Positions 43,356-58,029 of a stretch of DNA of 64,000 nt are shown here, piece by piece. Under the pieces are notes generated by a model. The model saw only the letters and a list, made by a program, of their open reading frames with translations, did not search any database and had not been told where the DNA came from. Source of the DNA: the human T2T-CHM13v2.0 reference genome, Homo sapiens; the NCBI RefSeq assembly GCF_009914755.1, contig NC_060937.1; one strand, 5' to 3'. Positions within the stretch are counted from its first letter, which is position 1. Every line of letters starts with the position of its first letter. Made by a program: the position numbers and the translations under genes.

Positions 43356-44154
43356 AACGAAGACACAAATTCCACAAGTCAGTGTAGTCAGATGGCTTGA
43401 CTTGATGTAATTCTAAAAGATACACAAAATAAATGTTTTAAGTTTTATGTGCTGAATCACCTATTTCTGTGCTACCAATTTCACAGCATATGCAGCCCTC
43501 ACTAAATTTTGCAGACATCACAAAAAGCTGTGGAGAATTTTTGTAAATATAACACTCAAATAATTACTTCATGTACAGTCCACATGTCATCATAGTCATT
43601 TGCCATTTTCATCGTGGCTTGTCCTTTCTACATTTTATTATTCATTTATGATAGCTATTATAGCCCTTTCAGATTCTATCTTGCTCTCCTGAGGAATATT
43701 TATTGCTATTATAGGCCTCTTATGAGAAGACCCAAAGATAGTTAGCGCAGAAACCCTGTGAAATGCTACATTAGTACAGGGACTGGCCAGCAGTGAAAGC
43801 TCTCGAGTTGTTTCAGAGTCCCTCTTGATGAAGATTAAAAGGCAGGTTACTCCTGGTAAGGATTCCTTTTTACCCAGGAGAACCAACTTATTTTTGACAT
43901 GAAAGTTAGAAAGCATAAATTAACACAGTTCTACAAATAAGAGCTCTTTTGAAAAGGTCGCCAGGAAGAAAGCAAGAAAGGATTTAGGATTTACATGCAA
44001 ATAGATTTGTGAATGCAGTTTATAACTCTATTGCAGATTTTCCCTCAGAATGTACTAACGAAAAGATGTGAGGTACAAGAAAAACAAATGACAATATCAG
44101 CCAGCAGAAAGTACAGATTTCAGTCTCCCATTATCTGCATGATATTGCTGTGGA

Positions 44155-44275
44155 TCTTAGAATGTAAGCTCCTCAAGAGAAGGGCACTAGAATGTTATTC
44201 ACTTACGTCTCCTAAACTGGTAAAATAGCACCTGGCACATAATAGGCACTCCATCAGTATTTGATGAATCAACAT
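44155..44275 (+). mobile_element. L2 3' end
   Basis: tagaatgtaagctcctcaagagaaggg...cctggcacataataggcactccatcagtatttgatgaat. Confidence 0.8.
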
Positions 44276-44390
44276 ATGAACTTTGCTCAAGGTGTTCTAT
44301 AATTTACAATGAATTATTATTTCACCCCTAATGAGGATTTTTTCATTTTTATTCGCTTTTGGTTTTGATTAAAAAGTTGATTTGTCATAA

Positions 44391-44750
<360 letters not shown>

Positions 44751-45309
44751 ATTGGGATGGCATAAATTTTAGTCCACAGTAAAACACTGATCATTCAAAA
44801 CACCTTCTGATCTCTTAGCCACATTTTCTTTTATTCTAAAAAGTTATTCAAATGTTTTTCTTTGAAAATGATGTGTTCTTTTTATTGTTCTCTCTGACTT
44901 CCTGTAACTGATTGTTAAGCTCTAAAAATTAAGAAATTAATTCTAGATTCTTTGCAAATTGATATTAAACATAATGTTCTACATTACATCAGTAAAACAA
45001 CTCTAATATTGATGGAAGGAAAACAAAGGAAATAAGATATATTTCAATTTTCACTTAACCAAAAAAAAATTTTATGTGAAGTTTTTTTATCTACCATTAT
45101 CTTGTGAGCAGTTACAAAAATCCGATAGGGCTGGTTATAAAGACTTGCTAAGTGTTATACATAACTTGATGCAGCAAGTGTCACATTACTGCCCAAAAGA
45201 TGTCAACTATAGTTACTATTTTAACCTAATTAAAAACAACTCATAAAATTATTCACATGAGTACTAAAAAGAAAAGCAAAGAGAAAAAATATTGCAGATT
45301 TGGGGGAAA

Positions 45310-45745
45310 AAAGATGAATTTTGCTTGAATTCCAGTCCAGCTACTTAGCTCTATAACCTTACACTATTTTCTTGCCTAATATCCCTCATGTGGCACATGG
45401 AAATTTAAAAAGAAAACTAGTTCACATGGTTATTGTGAGAATTAAGTAAAAAAAAAATATGGACATGAAGGAGGATGACAGCATTTAGACTTTGTCCTAG
45501 AATGGTTAGAAATATTCTGAATTCATATATATTTATCACTTTTGACAAGAGACCTTTGGGAGATACATACTATAAAAGCTCTGTTGTATGTGCAAAAGGA
45601 AGTGGCATAGATCAGGATGTAAGGACTGGTAACTCATTTCAGTCCTTTGCTTATTGATCATAATATCTTGGACATGCCACTTCTTTTCTGCCTCACTGAA
45701 TTATTGTGAGGATACCATTAAATAGTACATTTTAAAGTCACTTTA
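45310..45745 (+). mobile_element. Two MIR fragments
   Basis: ttgaattccagtccagctacttagc...ggttattgtgagaattaag; tcttggacatgccactt...tattgtgaggat. Confidence 0.55.
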
Positions 45746-46702
45746 ACATTATGTAATTTCTTTACATGTATAAAATTTTGTTGCAACTAGTCAATGAGTA
45801 TGTCCATGATCCTTCTTTATAATTGAACAATTTCTTGTAACGTTAAAAAGGTGAAGTTTTCATTTTATATTATCCCTTGTATGTTCACATCTTCCTGGCC
45901 ATGTCTTGCTTTCCCAGTTTTTTTTAGGTATCTGATCACTGATAAATTACATTGTCTTCAAAGACTATGAGGAAGCAAGACAGAGTCAACCCATCAAAGA
46001 TCACATGATTGTAAATATTAGAAGACCAAATGCAGAAATCCAAAATATAACTATAAGTGAATTTTCTGTGTGATGATGTGTATATCAAACCAATATATTG
46101 CTTTCTCCTCTATCACATTTCTGTGAGTGCATACTTTCATGTTTGATTATTGTTAGGCAACTGACAAAGAAGAAGGTCATCTAGGTCCAAGAATATAGGC
46201 ACCTCTTAATGTGCCTAGGATACAGTTGAGTTTTGGGTTTCTTCTTTCTGCTGTTTGAGGATAATACAAGACCCGGCCAATGCTTTTTAATTTCATTTTA
46301 GCTCAGCACAAAGCTCTTTAATAGACTATACTTGTTCTGGTAATGTGCTTATTGGCCAGGTATCCAGCAGCTTGTGTCAGTCCCCTTAGTTGTATTAGCT
46401 ACCTGTAAAAGCAGCTCCCTGCAAGATGAAATGACCTGGGACCAATTAATTGAAAATGAAAAAAAAGTGTAGGAAATGCCGTTGGGAGTGATTAACAAAA
46501 CTAGCTATGCATCAATTGCAGATGGCCAGAGCCACTGCTTGCCAAATAGAGTTGGCTACATACAAAGGAGAACATATTGTTCAAGCAGCAGGACTTGTGA
46601 AGGATGTAGAAATTCCAGCAAAATGGGCATGAACAGATGTAACATTACCTAGATGCAACAAATGTGAAGTGCTCTCTTATTGCTCAGTTGTTGTTGTTTC
46701 AA

Positions 46703-46743
46703 ATATATATATGTGTATATATATGTATATATATTTATCACAT

Positions 46744-46823
<80 letters not shown>
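46703..46823. repeat. Interrupted (TA)n microsatellite
   Basis: Direct reading. Confidence 0.97.
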
Positions 46824-47506
46824 GGGGCCAGGTACGTTAAACATCAAATGTAATTTTCTGAAGGCATTAAGCTTAAAGCCCTGTAGATCTCTTCGCTACT
46901 AACCAGCCTGGAACGTTATTCACTTCAGACTTATAGTCACATTTTCTACACATTTTTAAACTGAATATAAATTTTTCTGATTATAGACACATGAATAAAC
47001 TTCATTCTCCAACTTTTCTCATTGTAAATGATCATTCTCTGTTAATAATAAGTCTTCTTGCTTAATCAAAGACAAACCGGAATTTACACCTGAGAAAGCT
47101 GTTATCTATTCTTTAAATAACTTTTCTTCTCCAAATTGGAAAGATAGGAATTAATCAATCTCTATGCTTCATACATTAAGTTATAGTTTTAAGAAAAATA
47201 AAAATTCCCTAAGTGGGAATGCTTGATTTCTAGGGCTTCCATAAGACTAATAAAAACCCAACATGATGATCTTTCACCTGGCTTTACGAACTTATCTTTA
47301 TTGAAGGCTTTTTGACAATTCTCTTTTGCTTTTGGATATCCTGATATGAGAAATCTCTGAATAGTGCACTAATGGCCGCATGGAATCCATACCTGAACAT
47401 TGAATTTAGTGATAACGTATAAAAAGTGGAGCAAATTAGTCTGCAGGTACATTTTTGAGGAGCAAATAAAACCATCATACACTTCATTCATTTTTACCAT
47501 TTAGAA

Positions 47507-47805
47507 CAGCGGTCCCCAACCTTTTTGTCACCAGGGACTGGAGTGGGGTCAGGGGATGGTTTGGGGATGAAACTGTTCCACATCGGATCATCAGGCATTA
47601 GATTCTCATTAGAAGCATGCAACTTAGAACCCTCACATGCACAATTCACAAAAGGGTTTGTGTTCTCATGGGAATCTAGTACCACGGCTGATCTGACAGG
47701 AGACGGAGCTCAGGTGTTAAAGTCCACTCACCTGCCGCCTATCTCCTGCTATGTGGCCTGGTTCCTAACAGGTTACAGACTGCTACCTAAATCAGAAGAC
47801 CCCTG
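47507..47805 (+). mobile_element. MER1B (hAT-Charlie) MITE
   Basis: cagcggtccccaacctttttgtcaccagggactgg...gacccctg. Perfect 8-bp TSD atttagaa (47499-47506 / 47806-47813). Confidence 0.95.
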
Positions 47806-49214
47806 ATTTAGAACCTGACTATAATCTCCCAAGGTTATTTGCAGATTATTTCTCAGCTATAAGATCTACTTTTACATCACATTTACCAAGTAGGTTGTTA
47901 CTCACTGATCATGTCATCTTGAACAAGTGCCTCTTAATATCATCAACTCTAACATTTTCCAAAATAATTGTTACTGAGATAGCCAGTATTCCTGCGGTGA
48001 CTGTATCTTTGGAAAATGGCATTACAATATATGTCTCAGTTTAGCTGGATCATACTTTCTGAACTTACATGACTAATAAGAAAAGACAGTTTATACAGTT
48101 GAGAAATGATTTCCTGGAATGATTCATATAAAATTCTACTGCTTAACTCTTTCAATCTGATGCCTTCACTAGCTACTGGTTGGATGAGGACAGCATGCAG
48201 AAAGATTTTACAGCACATTAAAAAATTGTCATTTGTGTCTCATTTTTCCACTAGAGTATCATAAGCTTTCCTTCCAAGTTTAACTTAGAAAAATGAAACA
48301 AGCATACTAGAGTATCAACACAGAGAAAATCAATTTATTGTCTTGAGTTACAAAACACATAGCAAATGAATGTGATTCTCCCAAGACCCAGAAAGAATCT
48401 TTCAATGCTTTGAAAGAATATGCCTCTGGTGGCTTCACATGATAGAGAGAATGCATCTTCATCTTGTGTTAGTGTTAATGATATTGCAACATATGCATGT
48501 AAAATATTGATTTTTGTCATCTATACATTTATCTAATTTCTGTTTTAAGCCCCCATTCTATTAAGCTGATGGGAAAATTAATCTCAAATTTTGGGAGGAT
48601 TTCCCTCACGATAAGCTTATGTCGTCTTTCTAGGGCACTAAATTATTTCGAAGGACTTGGTGGAAAACTAGTTTTTGTTCAACTGTACATGGATATTTCT
48701 AGAGACATTGACGATCTTCTTGTAACACTTGTTGTTATAAAGTTCTCTATGTTTAATCTGCTACTTTTGGGATACCAGAATTTTTGTGAAAGTGAGTAGA
48801 TGTTCCTCATAGCCACCCTGACAAGGGTTTCTTTGCTCTGTTTATTTTGTAGATTTCTGTGTGGTTTTATTGCCTGTCAGCACATTTAAGAAATGAGGAC
48901 AGACCTCTCTGTTTTGGTCTCTTTTCTTTTCTGTTCTGCCAAAACTAATTGCTTTCTCATCTCTTTTGGATGCTTAAGAATGGGATAGAAACACAACTTT
49001 TCTTAATGCTTCTGGGCAAGATATTTTTACAATAGAATGCAAATTCTATTTCAGCTCTGGGGAATATTTTTAGGTGTTGTCTTATTTCTAACTTCACACA
49101 TCTCTTCCTTGAGACAATACACACAGATTTGAAAATCTGTTTGGTATTGGAAAGGGAAAAAGAGAACTAGGTGAACATCTCCAAATTTTATCTCATTATA
49201 TCAGTATATTTAGT

Positions 49215-49550
49215 TTAGGCTAACAAATATTACCTGTCAGTTAGGTGTTGGGCACTTACTCAGGTCCAGGATAAAGAATAAAACAGTATCTATTCTAAAA
49301 AAGTTCAAATGGAGAGAAAAGCAGAAGAGATGAAGATATTTATTATGCTTCAACATAAAGTAATGGATAACATGGAAATGAAGTTCTGGGAAAAGAAGCA
49401 GAGCATTTAGTCCAGTCCGGATGAGAAGTAAGGTAGAATGGCTTTAAAGGAAAATGGCTTTAAAGGAAATGACAGATTTTAAATGTTAAGGATTGAAAGG
49501 AGCTTCCCAGAGAGAAATAAAGAGAATTCCATTCAGAATAAAAAATCTGA
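49215..49550 (-). mobile_element. L2 fragment
   Basis: aacaaatattacctgtcagttaggtgttggg...gagaattccattcagaata. Confidence 0.5.
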
Positions 49551-49574
49551 ATGGATGTGTGATGAAGATTTTTT

Positions 49575-51470
49575 TCCACTTTTGGGAACTTAAGAATACA
49601 ATAGCTACGTAAACATTCATGTACAAGTTTTGTGTAGCCAATTATTTTTCCTTTGATTAGTGAATGCTTAAGAGTAGAATTATAGGGTCATGTGGTAAGT
49701 ATGTTTTAACCTTTATGAGAAACTACCAAGCAGCTTTATTGTCAATTTTTGGACCAACTGCTATATTCAGAAGCAATGTATGAGAGGTCTAGTTTCTTCA
49801 CATCCATACAAACAATCAGTATCTTCAGTCATTTGAATTATAACATTTATATTGTCAACAAACTGTATGTATGAGTCTATTTCTAGATTTTTCTATACTG
49901 CTCCTTTAGTCTGTGAGTCCATTATATACTACACTAGGCTGTCTTGATTACTGTAGCTTTTAAAAATATTCTTGAATGGAGGTAGCAGTTCTTTTTCAAA
50001 ATTGTTTAAGGTCCTTTCCATTTTCAAATACATTGTAAAATTGGATATGCAACTCACACAAGGAAGCCTGCTGAAATTTTCAGTGGGATTGCTTTGAATT
50101 TGAAAACTAATTGACAAAGAATCAACATCTTAACAGGATTGAAATTTCCAAAGTCTGAACCTTTATTTAGGTCTCCTTTAGCAATTTTGTTTTCTCTCAC
50201 TGAACAGTTTTTAATGTAATTTGTTACATTTATTTATAAGAATTTTACATTTCTGAAGCTTTTGTCAGTCATATTATGTTTCACTTCCCTGGTGTTTTTT
50301 GTTATGATAAACAAGTACAATTGATTTGAAGTATTAGACTTATATGCTGTGATCTCGTTAATTATTAATTCTATAGCTTCTTTTTTATTCCTCACAACTT
50401 TCTACATTTTATCTATTCCATATTATATTTTGCCTACTCATTATGATTTTCTAAACTGTGTTGTCAGCAAATAATAACAATTTTGTTTCTTTCTTTTCAA
50501 TCTGTATAGCTGCAGGTTACCTTCAATAACTTTTTTTATGTCGAAGAATTTCCCTACTATTTCTAGTTTGCTATCAATTTTTTTATACGTAGGAGTTGAA
50601 TTTTGCAATTTTTTTCTTCATCTATTAATGTGGGCATATGCTTTTCCCTCTATTAACTATGTCATTTCTTCTCCATTTATTTCTATTCACTCCTGCTTAT
50701 GGGTAATATTTGCTTGCTGCTTGTCATTTCTAATAATTTTAGTTTGGATACTGGATATTGTGAGCATTACTTCTTTAGTGGCTTGATTTGTTATTTTTTA
50801 AAAAAGAGATTTTGGGGCTCTTTTTGGCTGTTTCCTGCTGACTGGTTTGGCCCATTAGAAGGGGATTATTTTTAAAAACTGTTAAAGTAATTTTAAAGTA
50901 TCCCTTACTCTTCAAGTTGTATATACCTATTTTTAAGGTATACTCCTTCTGTTGTCTTTCTAAATGCTTTAAGTGATTACTGAAGAATCTACTCTGCCTG
51001 ATAGGAACTCAAGCATTTCCAAGCCCTAAAAATAAGCTTTTGGAATTTTTTTAGCCTACAGATCTTTTTTAATTCTCACATTTTCCTGCTTTGTAGAGTT
51101 TGATCCTATCAATCTATGGATTGATATTCAGCCAGTGACTCAAGGAAACTGCATGCAGATTTCTGTGGTAATTTCTGTGTAGCTCTCTCCTCCTCAGCAT
51201 TTTAACCTGAAGAATTCCAGCTAGCTCATCCTCCTCCAACTCTGTGGCCTCCTCAAATTAGCAAATCCACTACGCCCTCCTTGGATTCCTCTTTCTGGTA
51301 CCATTATCCAAAAAGTGCCAATATTCAGAAAGCCTTCACAATCATGATATACACCCCTTTGTGTTTCTGATCTGAGGGACATAATCCCGCACTTATTTAT
51401 TGTCTAGTGTATGAAAACAGGATTTTCATCTATTATGTTCAATTTTCTGTGAAGAACAAGTCTTGTAACA
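49575..51470 (-). mobile_element. Old L1M fragments (ORF2 3' part, then 5' region)
   Basis: aaacattcatgtacaagttttgtgt, tgagaaactaccaag, ttgattactgtagcttt, gggattgctttgaatttg. The 5' part includes ttggatactggatattgtg. Confidence 0.7.
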
Positions 51471-53429
51471 TGCACACAAATAATAATATATCTCAAGATA
51501 TATCACAGTCATAATTATTAAACTATACATATTCTCTAGAATATAGGGTAATATTTTCAAGATTTTGCAAAAGCAAAATTGTCTTCCAGCTATGACATAT
51601 ATAGAAACACTATACATAACAAAAATAATTGATAAATTGAACAGGAAAATGCAAAACTTGTGATTACCAAAGACACTATTAGACACTAAAAATGGAAACC
51701 ACAGAATGGGAAAAGCACTTGCAATACATCTATGTTAGAAAGAACTTGTATTAAAGTATGCAAAAACACTGATGCAAATTGATGCAAAAACTAAAATTTT
51801 AAAAATGTGCAGTTTGTATAGATGACAGACAAAAATGATTTAAAAATGGTCAATAAGCATGGGATAGTTGTCCAATTTTTGTTTAGTGTCCTTCAGTCAA
51901 TTTTCTACATTTTTTTTAGGTTTCTGGATTCTGGAGTTGGAAATTGAAATTTTGATTAGATCAAGAGGCAGAAGAGGCAGAGAAAGTTTCTTTTTATCTC
52001 AAAGCAAATGTTTCCTTCTAGAAAATAATACAATATAAACTCAGATTAATTTTCTTCTGGCTTAGGGCATTTTCTGTTCAGACTAGGGATTTTCTTCCCA
52101 TTTTAAGATTATAATAAAAATATCTTTAATATAATGTACATTAATAAAATCATATTTTTCTAATTCTATCATTGTCATTATACTGGATTATTATTACTTG
52201 TAATATAATTTTGGCCCTAATAAGTAATTGAATGAAAGTAGCACTGTGCTAAATATTATATGAAATACCATACAGGAATGAGTCAAATCTCAGTGACATC
52301 AGAATTCAGACTTACTGTTACAGATATTCGCCTTAAAAACATGGTTGTAGATAGCAGTAAAGAAAATTTAGAATTTAGATGTTTAAATCACATATAGTCA
52401 TTCTGATGGTATACAGATGTGGTATAAAGAATATAAAGAGAAGAATCTGTTTCCCCTTGTTTTATAGAGTTAATTTCATAGCAGTGGAGTGACAACAAGA
52501 TCCTGGATTTCACAGAAAATAAATAGAGATGAGTACCTGTATATTAAAAAAAAAAAGTTCACTAAAGTATTGATGGCAGTATGCATGTCTTACTTGAGTA
52601 CATAACCCATATTAAAAAGTTTCTTCCCAGCTCCAGGTCAGAGGGCATACCATGAAACGGCCACTCAAAGCTACACATCAAGTTCAATTTGAGACTTTTT
52701 CAAAATTTCAGAGGCCACCTTGATAGCAACTGTAAATCAGAATCACAACTGTCTAGCTGTATTCAAAAAGTGTTTCACATTTTGAACACTACACATTCAA
52801 TCTATAAAGACATCTTGAGAAGTCAGTTTTCTTCCAGAAAGTGCATTTTTGGAAATACATGCAGTGTTACCTCGTAACTCATGGGATTTCAGATAGCCTT
52901 TAAATAAAGGACAAAAAGAGATGGCACTTTTTAAAACATTTCCAAGACAGAAGGAAGCATATTTTTGGCCATAAATAACTTCAAGTAGTCTTTTTGGCTC
53001 ACTGTTCTACAATTAATGTGTACTTAGCCTGTGAGAGAGTCTACACAAATTTGTGGAAGGAATGGATTTAGTGGTAATTATATAATTTCCATGGGAAACT
53101 GTGGAGAATAAAAATATCTGCGTTCATTACCAAGAAAACAAAATAACAGAAACAAAAATTCACACACAAAATTTTTGCTGCCACAATTGCCAATAATAGA
53201 AATATCTGAGCAGATACTCCAGCAGTATGCTCCTTGTTTAAGCCATGTGAATATTTTTTAACTGATTTTATGAATAATCTAGTATAGTTTAAGAATAGAA
53301 GTTACTGTTTCCCAGTTAGTGATAGATATTTATAGTCACCTTCTATTATGTCCTTTTAAAATATTCTGAAACTATGTGTTTGAAAAACCATGACAAGATT
53401 TTAATGTATATTTTATGACAGACAAAATA

Positions 53430-53800
53430 GTACATCATGTAACGGACCTGCCATGTGCCCAGTATGTTGCCACACACTACAAATGCAGGTGTGAATAAAC
53501 CATGGGCTATGCTCTCAAGAAGTTTGCAATAGGGTGAAGAAACAGAGAAGTAAATAGAAAAGTGCAATACAATATTCATGCTAAAATATGGGTGAGAACC
53601 CAGAGAAGAGAGCAACTAACTCAGCGCTGGAAAGTAAAATTAAAATTTCACAATGAAAAGGGCATTTAATATGCATTGAGAAGGATAAATACCAGCTCTT
53701 TAGGTAAACAAGTAAGGGAATAGAATTCTAGGCTGAGCAAAATGATAATTAAAAGGTAGTGTGTCAAAACAAAAGGCATGATTAGGTCTGTGAAAACTTC
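53430..53800 (-). mobile_element. L2 3' fragment
   Basis: acctgccatgtgcccagtatgttg...tgctctcaagaagtttgcaatag...agaattctaggctgag. Confidence 0.65.
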
Positions 53801-53959
53801 TGTGGAGGTTATTATTGACCATGTAGATTATGCAAGAGCCAGGTATTAGTTGGAATATAAACATAGAAATAAAATCTTTCCACTGAACCAAATGAATTTT
53901 ACTCTCTTCAAGATACAGTTGCAGAGCACTCATGAATATGGTAATCATAATAGTATAGT

Positions 53960-54290
53960 AATAGTAATAATAATGATAATCTCCCATGCCTTCATTAAAT
54001 GGTTACTAAGTGTCAGCTATTTGATTCCTCCTCATGATCTTTCATTTATAGCTGAGAAAACCTTGGCTCAAAGACCTGAAATAATGTGCTCAATAGCCAG
54101 TAGCAGGCTGTAGAGAATACAATTAAACCTAAGTCCTATTTGCAGCTACATCGCTGAGTTGAGTGTAAGCAAATGAACAATTTGGTCTCACTGATTGTCT
54201 TCATCTATAAGTTGGCAATTATAATAAAACCTAAATCTTAAGGTTATTATCATCAGATAAAAGAACAGAACAGACCTTTGTAAATAGCAA
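53960..54290. mobile_element. MIR fragments
   Basis: catttatagctgagaaaaccttggctcaaag; aagcaaatgaacaatttggtctcactgattgtcttcatctataa. Confidence 0.55.
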
Positions 54291-55149
54291 TATGTGGAAT
54301 CACCATTAGTGATACAAATATTCTAGGGTAGGATATTCCAGAGACTTAAGCTGTTTGGAATATCAAAGATAATGAGATTAGGTAAATTCAGCCAGGATAA
54401 CTTTGTATTTCTGGAACAGTTTATTCATGACAGAGACAATGTTTTTCAGAATACATTTTCTAGCATGCAGTTTCTACACATTATGTATAAATTTAATTAT
54501 GAGAGAAGTGATGCATACTTAGAAAATACAGGGTTAAACGAATATAAAGTTGTCTTTTTCAACTTTAGGATGTATCAGAGCCTATAATATGTGTCCAGTG
54601 AATATCTAACGACTAATAGAGTATGAAAAATTTAACAAATTTTTTCCTTTTTTTCAAGCCCAGAAAATCATTTTCTTGGAAATTATTGTGGGGCTAGGGT
54701 TTCCTGTAGTATGCAATAACATTTTGGAAGAAATGCTGACTATGAGACAGTTTTCATCTCAGTGTCTCTTTATGGACATTGGTGTAGAAATTTTAAATTA
54801 ATAATTATTAAAATGCCTTGATACTGGAATTGGTACTAATTCACAGTCATTTAGAAATACTAATGAAGACATGAATTGAAGACTCAGTAAAAGGAGGCCT
54901 TAAACATGTTACATTAGCACTATATTGAACTCTTAGTTATCTCAAATGTTGCAAGTACAGATTACTGGCCATTTAAACTTTGTTTTGCAAGCCTACCTCC
55001 CAGTATTTTTCTCTACAACGCATTTTTCCTTTTGGTAAGATCCAGGAACTTGCTGTTACTCCAATGCCAAGAAATTACTTCCACAAAACAACAGTATACG
55101 GATTCTCTTCTTAATGTTCTCTATATCTCACCAATATGACACCAGAATA

Positions 55150-55560
55150 GCTACGTGTGATATAAATATCTAACTTCTAAATTTCCTGAGCTTTCTTTCT
55201 AGCTGGAATTCAGTTCAGTTCTGGTTAATTAACTGTTATGCGAGTTGGCTAGAAATGTTTTGTTGAAGGTTTTTTTCCCCAACAAAAGGAGAGAGGTATG
55301 TGAGATGAATGGTCTTATCTTACAACCTTTGCTCTCATTTCCTGCCTTTGAACATAGTGTGTGTGGACATGATGATATGGCCAGAGCAGTTTGCCATCAC
55401 AAAGTTGGTCAGTTTGCAGTCACAAAGTTGAAAAAGTATACACTGGTAATTCAGGGTAGAAGATCAAGAAAACCTGGATTTTTGATTACATTGTTGAGCT
55501 ATTAAAAAACCCATGACAACTTATCTTTGACTTCTTGTTATGACAGTCACTTGCAATTAG
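55150..55560 (+). mobile_element. MLT1J/K-type MaLR LTR fragment
   Basis: ttcctgcctttgaacat...ggacatgatg...agcagtttgccatc...gaaaacctggatttttgattacattgttgagcta...gacttcttgttatga. Confidence 0.6.
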
Positions 55561-56087
55561 ATTTAAACCACACGTGATTTCAGTTTCCTACTATTGATAG
55601 ACCAATGCCTCCTGCCTGGAAGAAGGACATTCTAAAGATATGCCCCTGCATGGGTGCTTCAGAGAGTTTGGGTGATTGAGTATTGCTTGATCTCATGCCC
55701 CAACAACAAATATTTATGTCCCATCTTTTCTTCTTTTCTGTACTTTGACCTAATATCATAGGAGACGTGCTCTCTGGAAAACTTATTTTAGAACAATAAG
55801 ATAAAAAACAGGTGTGTTTTTTTTTTCCCACTCACCGTCACTACAATAGAATATTTTTTTAAAAATATCAAAATATCCTTTCACTACTAAGAAGATGGAG
55901 CAGACATGCCTTTCTTTATTCCACATTGTAAATAGTATTTACAATCCTGGAAATTATTTATGAAATAAACAAAAAGAGTCTCTGAAAGTAGGAGAGAAGG
56001 GAGGACAGTTATAGAAGTCCTTGGGACACAAGATAAGGCATAGGTATGAGTTGAGTTTTCTTTTCAGCTTTAAATATCCCAAACTTG

Positions 56088-56397
<310 letters not shown>

Positions 56398-57241
56398 CCC
56401 AAACTTGGAGGTAAAGAAACTGGCAAGCATAGATTAAAAACAAGCCCCAATTATTTGTGGGCTGCAAGAAATTCACTTCAAATGCAATGTATATACAGGT
56501 TTAAAATAAATAATATAAAAATATATTGTGCAAACAAATTATGTAGGAGTTGCTATATTAATATCACATAACATAGATTTTGAAACAAATACAATTACCA
56601 GAGAAGGATAATATGTAAGGATAAAAGGGGCATTCCAGGAAGAACACATAATAATCCCATATGTTTATGTTTAAAACAACATAGCTGATAAATAAATGAC
56701 ACAAAAGCCCATAGAATTAAAGGTTTAAATAGTCAAATCCACAAGTTGGAGATTTCAACATACTTCTATCAACAATTGATAGCTGGCTAAATTGATAGCA
56801 AGTATATAGAAGAATTGAATGAAGTCATCATGCAACCCAGTCGATTCTAATTTTGTAGAAAACTACACTCAACAACAGCAGAATACACACTCTCTTCAAG
56901 TGTGAGGGAGCATACAACAAGATAGATCATATGTTGGTCCATAAAATCAACTTCAGCAAATTTAAAATCCTACAGAACATGTTCCCTGATGATAATGAAA
57001 TCAAACTAAAAGTAAATAAAAGAAAGAACATGAAAAATACACAAACACTTGGACAGTAACCAACACACTTTTAAATAATTCGTAGGTCAAGGCGGAAGAT
57101 TCAAGGAAAAGAAAAAGATGTTAAACATCACTAGGTACTAGGGAAATTCAAATGAAAACCACCATGAAATATGACTGCACATCTCTCAAAATGGCTAAAA
57201 CATAATGTGTTGCCGATACCAAAAAACCTGGACCACCTGCA

Positions 57242-58029
57242 CAGTAACCCCGCCCCCCGCCACCTTATTTGCAGATGATTCAAGACCCCCAATTGATGCC
57301 TGAAACCGTGGATAGTACCAAATCCTATAAATACAATTGACTCTTGAACAATATGGGCTTGAAATGCATGCATCCACCGGTCTATAAATTTTCTTCTGCC
57401 TCTGCCATCCCTCAGACAGGAAGATCAATTCCTTCTGTTGTGCCTCATCCTCAGCCTGTTCAATGTGAATATGACATGAAGGACCTTTATGATGATCAAC
57501 TTCTACTTAGTGAATAGTAAATAGTAAATATGAGTACATTTTCTGTTATGGTTTTCTAAATAACTTTTTATAGCTTACTTTATTGTAACATTACAGTGTA
57601 TAATATATATAACACAAAATATGTGTTAATTCACTATGTTAAGGCTTCTGGGCAATAGTAGCCTATTAGTAGTTAAGTCTGGGGAGGGTAAAAAGTTATG
57701 CATAAACAGTTGATGCACAGGTGCTGACACTTCAACTTCTGTGTTATTCATGGGCTGACTATACCATGTGTTTTGTTTGTTTATTTTTTGATAACCAAGA
57801 CTGCTACAAAGTAACTGACCTGTAGGTAGCATATACAGCATGAATACACTAAAGAAAGAAATGATCACATCTCAAGCAGGAAAAAGAGCAATAAAGCAAG
57901 ATTTCATCATACTATTCAGAATGGCATGCAATTTAAAACTTATGGATTATTTATTTAATATTTTTGGACAATGGTTGACTGTAACTAAAACCATGGAAAG
58001 AGAAACTGAAGATAAGGGTGGGACTACTG
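57242..58029 (-). mobile_element. MER44 (Tigger7 derivative), split by Tigger2a
   Basis: Ends cagtaaccccgccc...ccttatttgcag / gataagggtgggactactg followed by TA. Internal tgcctgaaaccgtggatagtaccaaatcc. Confidence 0.85.
57334..57761 (+). mobile_element. Tigger2a (MER28)
   Basis: caattgactcttgaacaa...gacctttatgatgatc...ttattcatgggctgacta, with TA on both sides. Confidence 0.9.
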
